The translations under genes were made by a program, and so were the position numbers. Of a stretch of 64,000 nucleotides of DNA, positions 33,537 to 45,855 are shown piece after piece. The DNA comes from Bilabrum cf. latius (Eukaryota), in the NCBI GenBank assembly GCA_965178125.1, contig OZ237748.1, positions 558,001 through 622,000 on the forward strand. Reading direction: 5' to 3'. Each line of letters starts with the position of its first letter. The stretch's first letter is position 1. The notes beneath the pieces were generated by a model. It had not been told where the DNA came from, made no database searches, and worked only from the letters and a program-made list of their open reading frames with translations.

Positions 33537-35630
33537 ATGGATGACCCCGGGGGGGGTCAGATCGTCCTACGTTCAGGGCGTGTTGCCGGTAAGGGTAAGA
33601 TGCCCAGAATGGGTGTGGGAGTCGCGCAAAGATTCGCCTTGGGAAGGTTACTTGCCAAGGATTCTGCCGGTGCTGCCAGCGCCGCTTAGACCGGACCAGG
33701 AGTCTCCAACCCCCCCGATTCCAATGATTCTGATTCCGACGGAGTCATTGGACGCTAGCACTTCGGTCACGCTTAGCCTCCCTAGCCTGTGGGTGAGGCG
33801 GCGGTCGGAGGTGCAGCAATCGTGGTTGCTGAGGCGGCGCCGGGGGCAGATAATGCCGCAGTCGCCGCAGCTGAAGAAGATGCAGATCAGGGTGAAGCAA
33901 ATGTTCCACATGCAGTCCCACAAGTTGCCGGCGGGGCCGGAGCGGGGGTTCCTGCGGAGCATTAGGCGGCTGAGTTGGAGGCAGTGCCACTGCCCGACGA
34001 CGTTCGCAAGCTGATCCTTGAGTGTGCGTTCTGGCCCGAACGCGAGACAGCGCTTCGTAGTATGAATTTAGATTAGAAAAAGGAGGCGCGAGCCGCCCTT
34101 TCTCTCTTCCTGAAGGAGACTATGAATGTATCCTCCGCCTGGACCAACGATTCTGGTAAAGGCAAAGAACTGGAGGAGAAGCTCACGCTGTAGGCTTTAC
34201 ATAAGCTGAAAGTGTTTGTTTTGCTGTGTCGCCGGCCGTCGGATTCTCGTGTCCCGCGCGAAGCTGCCGCTGAGTAGGAAGCCATAGCTGGTGGAGCCGT
34301 GGTAGACCGAAAGAGTGGGAGCTCCCCATCTGATGATCCCGAGTCTCTCGCAGCCCGCGGGAGGATTGTGGAGAAGTTGGGGGGTATCCTTTCCAGCGTC
34401 AGTGGCAAGGGACTTCCTTCCCCCCCATCGCGCAAGGCAGTACGCAGTTGCCTCCGGTTTCTGTCGATCGGGGACTACCGTAAGGCCATGTCGCGGTTGG
34501 CTGCTAGGCCCCACGCTAGGGGTACGGCAGCCGAAATGCAGGCGAAGGTTTAGGGGAAGTTTCGCACCAAGAGGTCCCAGCCGATCCCCAGGTTCCGCTG
34601 GACACGCCCGGTGCGAAGAGGCCGACGAGGGGGAACTGGAGGAGACGCGCGCGAGCATGTGGTGGAGCTGTCGGGGGCTAGACTAGGGGAGGAGGTCTAG
34701 AAGGCCCTACGACTCAAGGCGCCAGATGCTTTTGGTGTGACGAGAGAGGTGCTGAAAACCTTGCTGACCGGGGAGGGAGCAGATGTGAAGCGGCTTTATG
34801 ACGACTTCCATGCCTTCTGCTAGTCCATGGTTGAGGGAGCCCTGCCGCCGTGCCTATTCGCGTGCCTGGGCCTGTTTCGAGGGGTCCCAATCCCGAAAGG
34901 GGAGGGGGGCTCGGAGTTCAGGGTCATCGCAATCCAGCCTCAGTGGCATACATTTGTGAGCCGAGCCCTTCGGCCCGAATTGCTGCCGAAGGTGTAGCGA
35001 GCTTGCGCCCCACACCAGATGGGGGCGGGGCTCAAGTGCGGGATGGACGGAGCCATTGCAACGATCCAGGTTCTTCTCAGCGCTAACCCTGAGTGGGTGG
35101 TCGCTGCGCTGGATGCCTCGGATGCATATGGCTCCATCCATCGGAAGGCGACCTTGCAAGCTTTGGCGTCGCTGTCCACCGGACTGGGCACTTACGTACA
35201 CCAGTGTCTGCAGCACGCAGTACATGGTGTTGTGTCTGGCGAGGATGGAACAGAGCTTGTGCAGAACCTGGAGGGGGTGCTGTAGGGGTCGCCATTGTCT
35301 CCAGCGCTGTTCTGCGCAGCCATTTAGGGCGCTCTGAAAGCGACAAAGATTGCCCACATGGATGTGTACCTAGTAGTGTACCTTGACGACGTGTTCCTGT
35401 TGGGGGAGCTAGATAATGTCAGGGCAGCCATCGCCACGTTGGAGGGGAAGTTGGGGGACGTCGGCCTCTCCCTCAACTAGAAGAAAACGTCGTTCTTCTC
35501 CCCCTCCCGAGCCACCTATTAGCGCCTGGTCCACCTATTGGCGCCAGACCAGGAGGATAGGCTCGAAGGAGTGGTCCACGAGCATGGGCTGAGGATCCTG
35601 GGCGTCCCGGTAGGGACCGAAGTCGGAGTG
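33537..35630 (+). CDS. Non-LTR retrotransposon ORF with reverse transcriptase (CRE/SLACS-like), 3'-truncated
   Basis: One frame contains PIPKG..FRVIAI, QMGAG, ALDASDAYGSIHR, GVL(TAG)GSPLSPALF, YLDDVFL, GLSLN(TAG)KKT and ILGVPVG. It has 16 in-frame TAG and no TAA/TGA, and is cut by the B repeat at 35630. The clade assignment is by motif resemblance. Confidence 0.9.
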
Positions 35631-37066
35631 ATCTATCACTGCGAGATTGTTTCGTCTTGGTCTACAGTCCTCGCTACGATGCTTGGCTCTCAGGGCGGTG
35701 GCGTATTGCCACCTTTGTAGACACGCGTGTGTCTAGTGACCGACCTGGCTCTATCTCCAGGTCATGTGCTAGTGGTCGGGCAGCCCCGGTATGGGCTGCC
35801 GAGTCACCATGCCTCACGGCTCTGCCAAGACTTGGATTGTCTTGGCGAAGCGGTTACAACCGCTAACAGCGCGAAGCAACAGCCCTGTATCGATTCACTG
35901 CCAGTCAGTGCTTGCTCAAGGGGGAAGGTGGGCGGGTAAAATGTGATGAGTTACGAATGAAAAGACTGGCGATGGGAAGCGATAGTAGGCACTGCTGCAG
36001 TAGGTAGCGCGGCAGTGGTAGTAACTGCGGGGATGGTGGGTGGGTTCAAAACAACAAGCAGTGGGAATCACCTCCTCTGGAGTTGCCCCTGCCTGTCTTC
36101 CCAGTGTGTATTGCCACATAATGACAATTATTACTGAGAATATCGGGGCACCGCTGTAGAACACAGGTGCCACCGAAATTCCGAACAAGTGAGAGCCTCA
36201 CATCTGCGCTCGGACTTGCGACCAATACTACACAATCTCTCCGATCTAAATCACTTCGTAACGTGCCTCCGTACCTACGGCACACAACTGACGGGATCTA
36301 TCACTGCGAGATTGTTTCGTCTTGGTCTACAGTCCTCGCTACGATGCTTGGCTCTCAGGGCGGTGGCGTATTGCCACCTTTGTAGACACGCGTGTGTCTA
36401 GTGACCGACCTGGCTCTATCTCCAGGTCATGTGCTAGTGGTCGGGCAGCCCCGGTATGGGCTGCCGAGTCACCATGCCTCACGGCTCTGCCAAGACTTGG
36501 ATTGTCTTGGCGAAGCGGTTACAACCGCTAACAGCGCGAAGCAACAGCCCTGTATCGATTCACTGCCAGTCAGTGCTTGCTCCGCCGTTACCCACATGCG
36601 GGGTATTGCACTGACGTGGTATTGCCCATTGCCGTATGTAATGCCGCGTGTACAGCAAAAGTATAGGGCGAGGTAGTGAAGTGAATCCTAGTTCTGTGCA
36701 CGGCCACTCAATGCATTGGTAGGTAAACCGATGCAAAAGGGTGCTACGAACTCCCAAGTGTCTCCCCAAAATGCTACTTCTTCCTTCCATCTAGAACGAT
36801 TGCTGGCAACATTAATTGACGCATACGTACCGAGACGAACTCCCAAAATCAAACTCCCACAATTGTCTAGATGGCAAATGGAAAACCCCTGATGCGTTGC
36901 AACCAAAATCCCAAAGACTATATTTAAATGAATTAAACTCCCAGTATTGGCTAGACTGCGCCGGGGTCGAACACACATGACGGGTCTGGCCGAGAAGCAG
37001 TGGAGGCTAGTGTTCGAACAATTATTATCGCCAACATGCCGTGATTCAATGCGTTGTGCAAATCAA

Positions 37067-38155
37067 TTAAACAAATATGCTATTGATGCTAGCAGCAAGG
37101 AACTCGGGCGTGGGATGCAAATAATCCTTGTAAGCATCGCTGGCCCACCTGCCTAAGGCCTACAAGACATCGGCCGGGACGCCACGTTCCAAGCAACACG
37201 TTGCTGCTCCATGGCGGAGGGAGTGAGCTGTTAGGCGCTCGAACCCGATAACCCCGGCAGCCTAGGCTGTATCTCGAATCAGATCGGTCCAGTGCCGCTT
37301 CGTCAAAATTGGTTTTCCTCTCCTGTGGGACCATGAGGGGGCCGTGGTCGGGAAAAGGCCGCTCGAGATGGAGAAATCCTTGCGGGCAGTCAGCCGACGG
37401 AGCCGCTCTCGCACGTTAAAGGGCGCAGGAGCCTCAGGGAATGCGATACAGCGATCGTCTTCGCCCCGCTAGTTAGTCTTGTCTCGAGGTAGAGCAAGGA
37501 TAAGGGTCTGTCCACTCTTGTCCAGGTGCCTCCATGTCAGAGGTACTGCGGCATCTTTGGCCGATGGGTAGCATTCGCTGCCACGAAGCATGCCGATAAA
37601 TGCCATCAACAATGCCACCTGACAGTGCTCGTCAGCGGCTGAGTGGCACGGCAGCTGGAGCATACGTCTCAGCTCGCTGAGACGGAGCGGCCGCTTCGAT
37701 GCCAAGTGCGCCGTGATATCGAATCTAGCGAGCGTATTGAACACACCCTTGACAAACTGCTTCACGGTACGGTCTTGGCGGGGGGAGACCCAGGCTGGTG
37801 TCCAGTCACGGCGCAGGGCGATGCTGGCGAGCTAACTTAGCTTCTTGAGCATCGTCCGAGATGAAGAGACTCGGCGCGGGGGTGACTTGCCGTTGCTTGA
37901 GACAGTGGGAGGCTGAGCTAAGGCTAGATCAAGAATGAAAGTCTTCAATCTGGCTGCAGTCACACCGAAATCACTCGAGCTCCTTCGATCCTCTTGCGAC
38001 ACTGACCGCCTCCATTGCTCCTGAGTTGCCCGATAATGGTCCCAGGTGGAGGCAGCAAGATCGGCAACCTCCGCTGCCCCTGCAAGCTCCTTGAGAGAGC
38101 TGGCTGACAGGCGAGCACCGGTCGAGACTGCCAGATGAAGCTGATGGCCGTCCAT
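37067..38155 (-). CDS. Tyrosine recombinase of the Ngaro-like element (~362 aa)
   Basis: Single frame with AFIGMLRGSE, DKTN(TAG)RG, HSLRHGAAT and VL(TAG)ALGRWASDAYKDY. It has four in-frame TAG (37832, 37469, 37262, ~37159) and ends at TAA 37067. The start ATG is inferred. Confidence 0.9.
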
Positions 38156-38174
38156 GTGGGCCGGGCCTCCCCCC

Positions 38175-39233
38175 TCATTTCTTGCCTTTGGTCTTGCCTG
38201 CACTAAGAGAAGAGGAAGCATCAGGCGGCAAGGCAAATCCCGAAGGGTGCAGGTCTTGAAGACACGCAATAGGGGGATGCAGGCGAAATGGCATCGCTGC
38301 CGTCACCGTGGATCGCGATGGGCCTGACGCGCAAGCAAGAGCATCAGCAAGCGTGTTAGCCTCGCGAGACAACCAGGCAGGCAGTAGGCCCGGCACAGCG
38401 AGTCGCTGAACCTCTTTAAAAATGAGGAACAGGGCTTCATTCAGTTGCCGAGACGAAGAACTTCGCTTTGCAACTGCCCCAGCGAGGGCTCCACTATCAC
38501 CAATCCAGACAGCGCCGGTGGCACCGTGGGTGGTATGAGAGCAGAACAACAAGGCCATGTACAGTCCGACCGCCTCGCGAAGTGTACTAGATGATGCTGC
38601 GAGAGCCGAACCAGGCGAGAAGTCGACAGCCAACGCGAGAGGCTTGACAGCGTGCCGTGGTCGCTCAATGATAGCCGCAGCGCCTGACTCCCCCGCGTCA
38701 GACGTGATGATGATGATGTCGTCCCAGAACCGTGGCGCCTGCAGAGGACAACAGGTAGGAGACCGGAGCCAATTGTCCAAGCCTGCCAGGCTGAGCTTGC
38801 CCAGCGACCAGTCCTCGGCCGTGAGCTCGTTGCCGTAGCGAAGACCATTTGCGATGCGGAACAGAGGTGCTATCCCGGAAGCAAGAGTCTGTCGACAAGC
38901 TGAGTACCACGAAGCTCTGCCTGCAAGTTTGCAGAGCATGCGGTAAAGTACGGCCCGTACGGCGCGAAGTTCACCGAGCAGAGCTGAAGGTGGCGACGTG
39001 CCTGCCGGCAACAGCTGCACTTGCGATGTCCACGTGTCCATTTCCGTCCACGCAGCACGGGCGATAGCAGCCACCATACGAGAATCAGCGGCCTTTGCAG
39101 CCGGTACCGTCATTGTGGCTCCAATGACAATCGAATGCAATATGTACCAAATCTATGCAATCTGTGCAGCTGGTCCGAACGGGCTCCCTAAGCGGGCATG
39201 CGAACGGAAACCGGCTGTGCAAATCAGCTCCTG
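38175..39233 (-). CDS. DIRS/Ngaro-type RNase H with RT connection region (5'-truncated pol)
   Basis: Motifs ITSDAGESG, SSTLREAVG, WIGDS, KRSSSSRQLN and WLSREANTLADAL give the D-E-D-D catalytic pattern. Ends at TGA. Confidence 0.85.
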
Positions 39234-39483
39234 TTCAAAACAACAAGCAGTGGGAATCACCTCCTCTGGAGTTGCCCCTGCCTGTCTTCCCAGTGTGTAT
39301 TGCCACATAATGACAATTATTACTGAGAATATCGGGGCACCGCTGTAGAACACAGGTGCCACCGAAATTCCGAACAAGTGAGAGCCTCACATCTGCGCTC
39401 GGACTTGCGACCAATACTACACAATCTCTCCGATCTAAATCACTTCGTAACGTGCCTCCGTACCTACGGCACACAACTGACGG

Positions 39484-41500
39484 CTACAAGCCGCCTACGA
39501 GCATGCTGGTGAAGAGCTCGTCACGATGCTAGACCTGACCCCTCCTGTCAATGGTATAGCACACCGCTCCATAACATCAATTACAGAGCCAACTGCATGC
39601 TATGCCAACGGGTGCGAGCCTGGATCAACATCTGATGGAGTATCCGCCACCGCTGCCCCATTCGCGAACGAGGCAGCTAGATAGTGCCCGGTGGCGCACA
39701 GCATTGATCAACTCAGTGCCCAATCGTGCGCCAACAGTAAATGTACTTAGATTTTGTACGCCATACTACAGCCAAACAACATCGGCACATCTGCAAAGTC
39801 GCAGCCGCCCTCTCTGGCAGTCAGCCTTCCTCTCTCACCTTGTTTGAAGCGTTAACGTTGGCGCCCCTCTCGATGAGCAACTTCAAGCAGTCCGTCTTGC
39901 CTCTCAATACTGCGTAATATGCTGCCGTCAGACCATACTGCGATGCACCAAAGAAAAATGAACCATTGGTAGGTAGGTAGCCGTGGGTGCAGCAATTGTG
40001 GACTGTCATTCGATCACTAGCAAGCTCTTTAACAACGAATACATGGACCTACTGCTCTATACGTCGACAATATTGTAGATGCATTCACAAAGCCCGGCCA
40101 GTTCTACTCAATCTCACCATGTCTTTGGAATTGACCTTCTTTCCCGAATCCAGGCAGGCCCTCAGGTCGTCCACCTTGCCATTTCCGGCTGCTGTCATGC
40201 GCGCGAATACCCTACGAGATTTAGAAACAAACTATTTAAACTGTATGAATCGCGTCAAACATATTCATGTGAATTGAATGCACCACCAGGATTGAATGCC
40301 ATCAGACTCCATGTGCTGAACCGCTAATAAGATCATGACATTGACTAAATATGTTTGCCTTACATTTCAAACTATTACCACAACCAGACCGGTGCCTCCT
40401 AAGCAGGTTGTAAATGGCCAATGGGCTGGGCCAGCGGTAGATCTAGCGCAAGTGTTAGCGGAACCTAATTAGGCGCCGCGCGCGGCCGGCGAGGTGCCCG
40501 GATCACATCTGGGCCTCTGTCGCGGTCGATGTAGATTAAATTCTCTTTCAACTGTGTCACTGATTTTAAATACTACATTTGCATCCACAAGCGCCACGCA
40601 TCGATGCAGGATGGTCGAGTTCGGTCAGGTGCCGCCGACCGCGCCCGAACATGCCCGTCTTCAAGTTGCTAGGCCCGCACGACGATTGTGTGAAATTACT
40701 TTCAAGCATATATCACGTAGTGGCAGCAAGTCTCTAGCTAGCCCGTCCAAAGCAGGTATTGCGCACTGGCCATCTCTAGCTAGCCCGTCTAAACGTGCTC
40801 GCGGCCGTCTGTAGGCCGTCCCAGCGGCTGCAGCCGCATGTGCAAGGATGAATGCTCTTGTTCAATTGCATATATATTGCATGAACTGCATGGAGCACCC
40901 CCGACCGGGCGAAGAAGTGCGGAGGTTTGCCCCGAACCTGTCCCGCCATCTCGCTGCGGTTTTGGCAGGCCGCGCCAGGCCGTCGCTCCCGCCCCCCCCT
41001 CCTCCCAGCCATGGCTCTCGCAAATATCTCTTGATCATCCACTGCCCTTCACGAGGGCACCCCCCTTCGGGTCTATCTACCAGAGGACCAGCGCAGGGGG
41101 TCGGACCGCTTCGAGGCGTCCGCTGGGTCGTACTCGTCCTCGCTGGACCCACCCCATGCCCGTGCCCGCCACGGCTTGTCGCTCATCCATTCAACTTCCG
41201 TCCCCGCCTTTTCCCCCTTTGCACCCACCCCTTCCCCCTTCTGCCTCTCATCTGCCCTTTGATGGCACCGCCCGAGGCAGCGTTCGAGCCACTTGCAGCG
41301 GCGGCATCCGATTGCGACTGCTTCCCCTGCCTCCGCCTCAAGGGCTGCCCGGTGACCCACCAGCGCGGCCCGCGACAGAGGGGCTCGCCGGTGCTCGGCC
41401 TCGCACAGCCGTAGCCAGAGCTCCTGCGTCAACGCCTCCAACACATCAACGGACCCGCCCCCCGCGTGATCCTCCCCCTCCTCACCAGTCTAGACCTCAT
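39484..41500. repeat. Segmental duplicate of ~49410-51640
   Basis: Near-identical exons (YGLTAAYYAVLRGKTDCLK...), introns and upstream region. Similarity decays toward the right end. Confidence 0.85.
39839..40365 (-). pseudogene. Ankyrin-repeat array gene 5, 5' fragment only; exons 40364-40365, 40118-40211, 39839-39937
   Basis: N-cap MVFARMTAAGNGKVDDLRACLDSGKKVNSKDM plus one type-A exon. The following intron is cut at 39484 by the Ngaro-like element and never resumes. Confidence 0.85.
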
Positions 41501-44173
41501 CCCTAGGCCTCCTGCAATAGCTTCACGCAATCGTCGTGCCCACCCAGCCTCGCTGCCTCTAGTGGAAGCACCAGCCTAGAGCTCCCACTACCATGGGTCG
41601 ATATCCCCTTGATCTCCAACCCACCTGCCAGCTTGCCCAGCCTCAGCCTCCTTGCCAGCTCCATGGGCCTGCCCTCACTCGCTGCCCTGAACACCATCGA
41701 TGCATCCCTCTTGGCTTCCATTGACCTCCTCCAGCACAGGACTCTCAGGACTCGAGATGGAATGAACGTCCGGATGGCAGCAGCTATGTTGGACTTGCCC
41801 AATGCGTCTGCCGTCTCGAGAGCAGTCTAACCATTCTGCTCGATCAAAGGAATCGAGGGAGAGAGGAGGGGCCATGGTGTCAAAGATGCATGGGGGGTGG
41901 ATTCGTGGGTGGAAGCGTCCTTCGATTCATCTGGCAGCACGATGGGTATGCGAAAATCTAGAGCTGTTGCGATGCAGCTGTGGAAGCTCACGTTGTTCTT
42001 GATGTCCCTGCGGGCCCCTGCTTCCATGAGGATGGTGGCGCATGCGGTGCGGCCATTGGACGCTGCCAAGTGAAGGGGGGTGTACCTATTCTGCGGTTGA
42101 ATCGGAGGGTTCTGAAAGCTCATGATGTAACATGGGTTATCTCAAACAATCTGCAATCCATTGCGATATCTCGGATCCAGAGTCGAATCCAATCGCAGGA
42201 TCCCACACGCGAATTCACATCGAAGAGTACAACCGATTGTAACATAGCATTCCTACAGCCCGAGATACGCGCACAACTGTCCAGCCCCAATCCGTTAACG
42301 CAGCGGAAGCACCACGAAGGGACCTCCCATCCGGTCTCGGACCCGGGAGCGGGCAATCCCAAGCCGAATTGACACACACACCAATTCAATACACAAACAC
42401 GCACACGCATGCACACACACGCACACACACACCCATACAAGCTCAAATTATCTCTTGATATCTCTCTCACCTCATCCACCGCATTCACGTCCCCCCCATT
42501 TTCAATCAGCATTCGAAGGCAATCCTTGAGCCCACTCGCGGATGCCGCATGAACAGGTGTGTTGCCACTCTGCTGTGGATGGATGGGAGACAGGGGGAGG
42601 CGGGGCAGGGGGTGTGCTTGGGGTGGGTGTGGGTGTGGATGTGTGCGGGCATGGGGCGGGTGATGGCGTGTATGGGGGGCCACTGGCACGGACCAATGGC
42701 AGTCACGCTGCGCCCTAGGAGCGCAGTTCCATGGTGTATTCCCGCTCGAGGGACAAAATCCTCAGAATCAAAACCCATCCAAACACGCACTTGTCTTCCA
42801 ATCAAGCCATTTCGTAACGACAGGGGCCGGTCGAGGAGCCCTGTGGGGGGACGAGCAGCGGCCGCCTAGCCGGCTGTGGACTTCAACAACGACAAATAAA
42901 CCAGATTGATCACATCAGTGACATACTTTGTGTGTAACTACTAGTAAAAACTCATTGAACTCTGCCGAATGGGGGCACACGACAGTCAATAAGGATCGAG
43001 CTGAATCCACGATGTATGCTCGTCACACAGGCCAGTCCTGTTCTCCCCCGGGGGGCTGTCATCGGCCTAGAATCAATCTCGCATATAGCTAGTAGACTAA
43101 GTCGACCAATTAGTATACATTTGCCTCAAAAACCTGGACACGATCTCAGCACCAATCCCATTCAATGCCATCTCGCCTCAGTGGGAAGGGAAGGCGTAAG
43201 CTTTTGATGTCTTGGGTTAGTCTGGGTATTGGTCCCCCTTCCCTTCCCCCAGTCTACCCCAAAAGCTGCCAGAGCCCGTCCGTCACAATGGCAGTTGGGT
43301 GGAGGCAGGCGGCGCAACACGATGAGTGAATCAGAGAACCAGACGTGCTCCAGTATCGAATATGCAGAAATAGAAACGACCAAAAGTGCATCTTTATAAC
43401 AACAGTACATGCGCCATGAAATCCTATCCGCCCTGCCTCTCTCTCTCACGTTGTCGGCAGCGTTCACGTTGGCGCTCCTCTCGATGAGCAGCTTCAGGCA
43501 GTGCGTCTTGCCGAACAATGCAGACCACCATACAGCTGTCTAACCACCCTGCGATGCACTGACGAAAGATGAAACCGTTGGTAGGTAGCCGTGGATGGCA
43601 AGCAGACCCCGAGGGAAGGGAGAAACCTGGTGGCGGGGGGTGAGGATCCGCTGATGGCCAGGCGCGGAGAGCAAGCAAAACAAGAGGTGCCTTTCACTAC
43701 CATGTACAGATAGCAGCATTGCAACTGTAGAAAAACAGCTTCCACAAGTTGCCCCCCTCTTTGGCTAGCCGATGAATTGATGGCGTGCATCAGGTCTGCC
43801 TTGCTTACAGTGGTGGATTGTCATCCGATCACAGTTGAGCTCTGTGAGAGCCTGTGCACAGACCGTTTCCCCTCACAACTAATGACAACTCAAAATGGAA
43901 TCCAAAAGCGCGCTCAGTCGTACTGAAACTCACGCCATCTTTGGATTCGATGTCTGTCCCCGAATCCAGGCAGGCCCTCAGGTCGTCCAACTTGCCATAT
44001 TTTGCTGCTGCTCTAAGTGCGTCGCCCCTGTGAATCTTAACGATTAATTCAAATACTGTATGTATCGCGTCGAACAGACTCGTAGATAGCTAGGATACAA
44101 CAGCTGCTACGGAGCGGTACCAGCCTGAACAAGTTATACTGGTAGCCAAATTATGGCACAAACTATCTTACAT
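41497..44173 (-). CDS. Ankyrin-repeat array gene 6; exons 44172-44173, 43934-44027, 43450-43548, 42471-42569, 41992-42090, 41497-41835
   Basis: Exon types A,B,C, all 99 nt. In-frame TAG at variable position 3 of two repeats (43540, 41827). Ends TAG-GGA-TGA. Confidence 0.85.
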
Positions 44174-44251
44174 CTTAAACTGATATCGAAATGAGACCAG
44201 TGCCTTCCAAGTAGGTTTGAAGATGGCCAGTAGATCTAGGCCACTCGGTAG

Positions 44252-45411
44252 CAGACCCCGGCGGGGGGGGGGGGCGCATTTCAGGTACTATGTGACGAGT
44301 GGGAGGGGGGTGTCGATCGACCCCAAATCGCCGCCCCCCCCTCCCCCCTCCTAAATCTCGGCATTCAGCGCCAACCAGCCAGCAACGTCAACAATTGACC
44401 AACAATTATACAAATGTAGTGGCATTTAAAATGATTACAGCCCATAATACATCATTTTCGTGCCTGAATGGGGCAGTTCGGACTCCGGCACTTGTGGTCG
44501 CAACTTGCACTTGGGCAATCAGCAGCCAATCACAGGTACATCTGCGTCATTTTGACGCTTTTCTGCCATGTGGCCGATGCGTACAGAAAGCGCGCATTGG
44601 CACAAACTGCATATTTTAGAATATCTAAAGTTGAGTTGCAGTCGAACGGCCTAAAACTTAAACGGCCATGGGTATTCACACTTGTCGGGAGATGAGCAGC
44701 TCCCAAGGCTGCTGGTGCTTCGGCCTCAAAGGTCGCAGTTAAGGGAAAATGGTGCCACAGTTGAGGCTAAGGATACTAACGCTGGGCTGATCCCGACGCA
44801 CACACATATAATGGCACAGATAGCAAGCAATCCTTACGTCTTGGTATCCGTACCGGCGGTCCCAGGCACAGCCATGCAACGACTGTCATGCCAAGACCAA
44901 CGGAGGGCAAGGTTGACGAAAGGAGTGATGATGCAAAATCAAGCATAGCCTACAGCTGAGCAGCTGCGCGTGCATGGACAGATATGATGCCACCTGCTGC
45001 GAAAGAAGCACACGCTCTGCAGCGGCCCAGAACGTACGTCAAGGCTTTCGTCAATAATAGACTGCTTTATGGCTATTTATTGAGGATTCAAGTAGGCTAG
45101 GGGAGGCATAAGGTCAATATGGAGGTGAGTTAGGCAATATGCGACAGGAGGCGAAATTCGGAACAATACAGATTTTTGGAGTTGCGTATCAAATTTGCAC
45201 GACCTCCGAAACAACACCAAGGGAATGACATAATAATATGAAAACTGCCCAAGCAACTTATCTTCACATAAAAACATCATTTCTACCTTTATTTCTTGAA
45301 TTAGAGCATTGTGGGCCGAGATACAGGGGGGGGGGGGGCAAACGGCCCTCTGGGGTGATCGTCGGGGGGGGGGGGAATCGACCGCCCCCCCCCCCCACCC
45401 GCCGGGGTCTG
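44252..45411. mobile_element. Non-autonomous hAT-like DNA transposon
   Basis: TIR cagaccccggcggg / cccgccggggtctg with a perfect 8-bp target duplication ctcggtag (44244-44251, 45412-45419). No transposase ORF seen. Confidence 0.88.
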
Positions 45412-45855
45412 CTCGGTAGTCTAGCAGCGGCCGGTGTGGGCGGAACTTATTTTGGCGCCGCGCACAGCTGGCGAGGCGCCCGGAATCCCCGGATCACGTC
45501 TGGGCCTCTGCGGCGGTCCATGTGGATGTAACAGTATATTTTACTGTGTCACTCCATTCAACTACTATACCAGTATGGTAGCCATTGGATTCGAAGGGTG
45601 TTGCCTACACTTGTTTGGTTGGACAACGAATATTGTGCGATGCACCGATGATGCAGTCAACTAGATCCATTTGGATTCATCCGTATACAGTCAGTTGTAG
45701 CAAGCAAGCAGTGGCCCGAGCTGCCATTCAAAGGCAAGCTCCAGCCCCAATTTCAAATTTCATGACCAAACACATCAGGCCTCTTTTTCCAGTAGCCTCC
45801 ATTTCTGCAGCTCGGCGACGACGGAAAAGCCCCCCACCGCCTCCCCTAGCTCCCA

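Larger units (their letters stand above)
35630..39483 (-). mobile_element. Internally deleted Ngaro-like (DIRS order) retroelement with split direct repeats A1 (39233-39483) - RNase H - YR - B1 (36295-36582) - A2 (36044-36294) - B2 (35630-35917)
   Basis: The A1/A2 and B1/B2 pairs are near-identical and in A1...B1-A2-B2 order. RNase H and tyrosine recombinase ORFs lie between them. No gag or RT core is present. Confidence 0.92.

Noticed and set aside
33537-35630. Ordinary decayed pseudogene, or RT of a DGR/retron/group II intron diversifying the ankyrins
   Set aside because: The stops are exclusively TAG with no frameshifts, unlike random decay. The motifs are those of a non-LTR retrotransposon, and no template/variable repeat pair with adenine-specific differences was seen.
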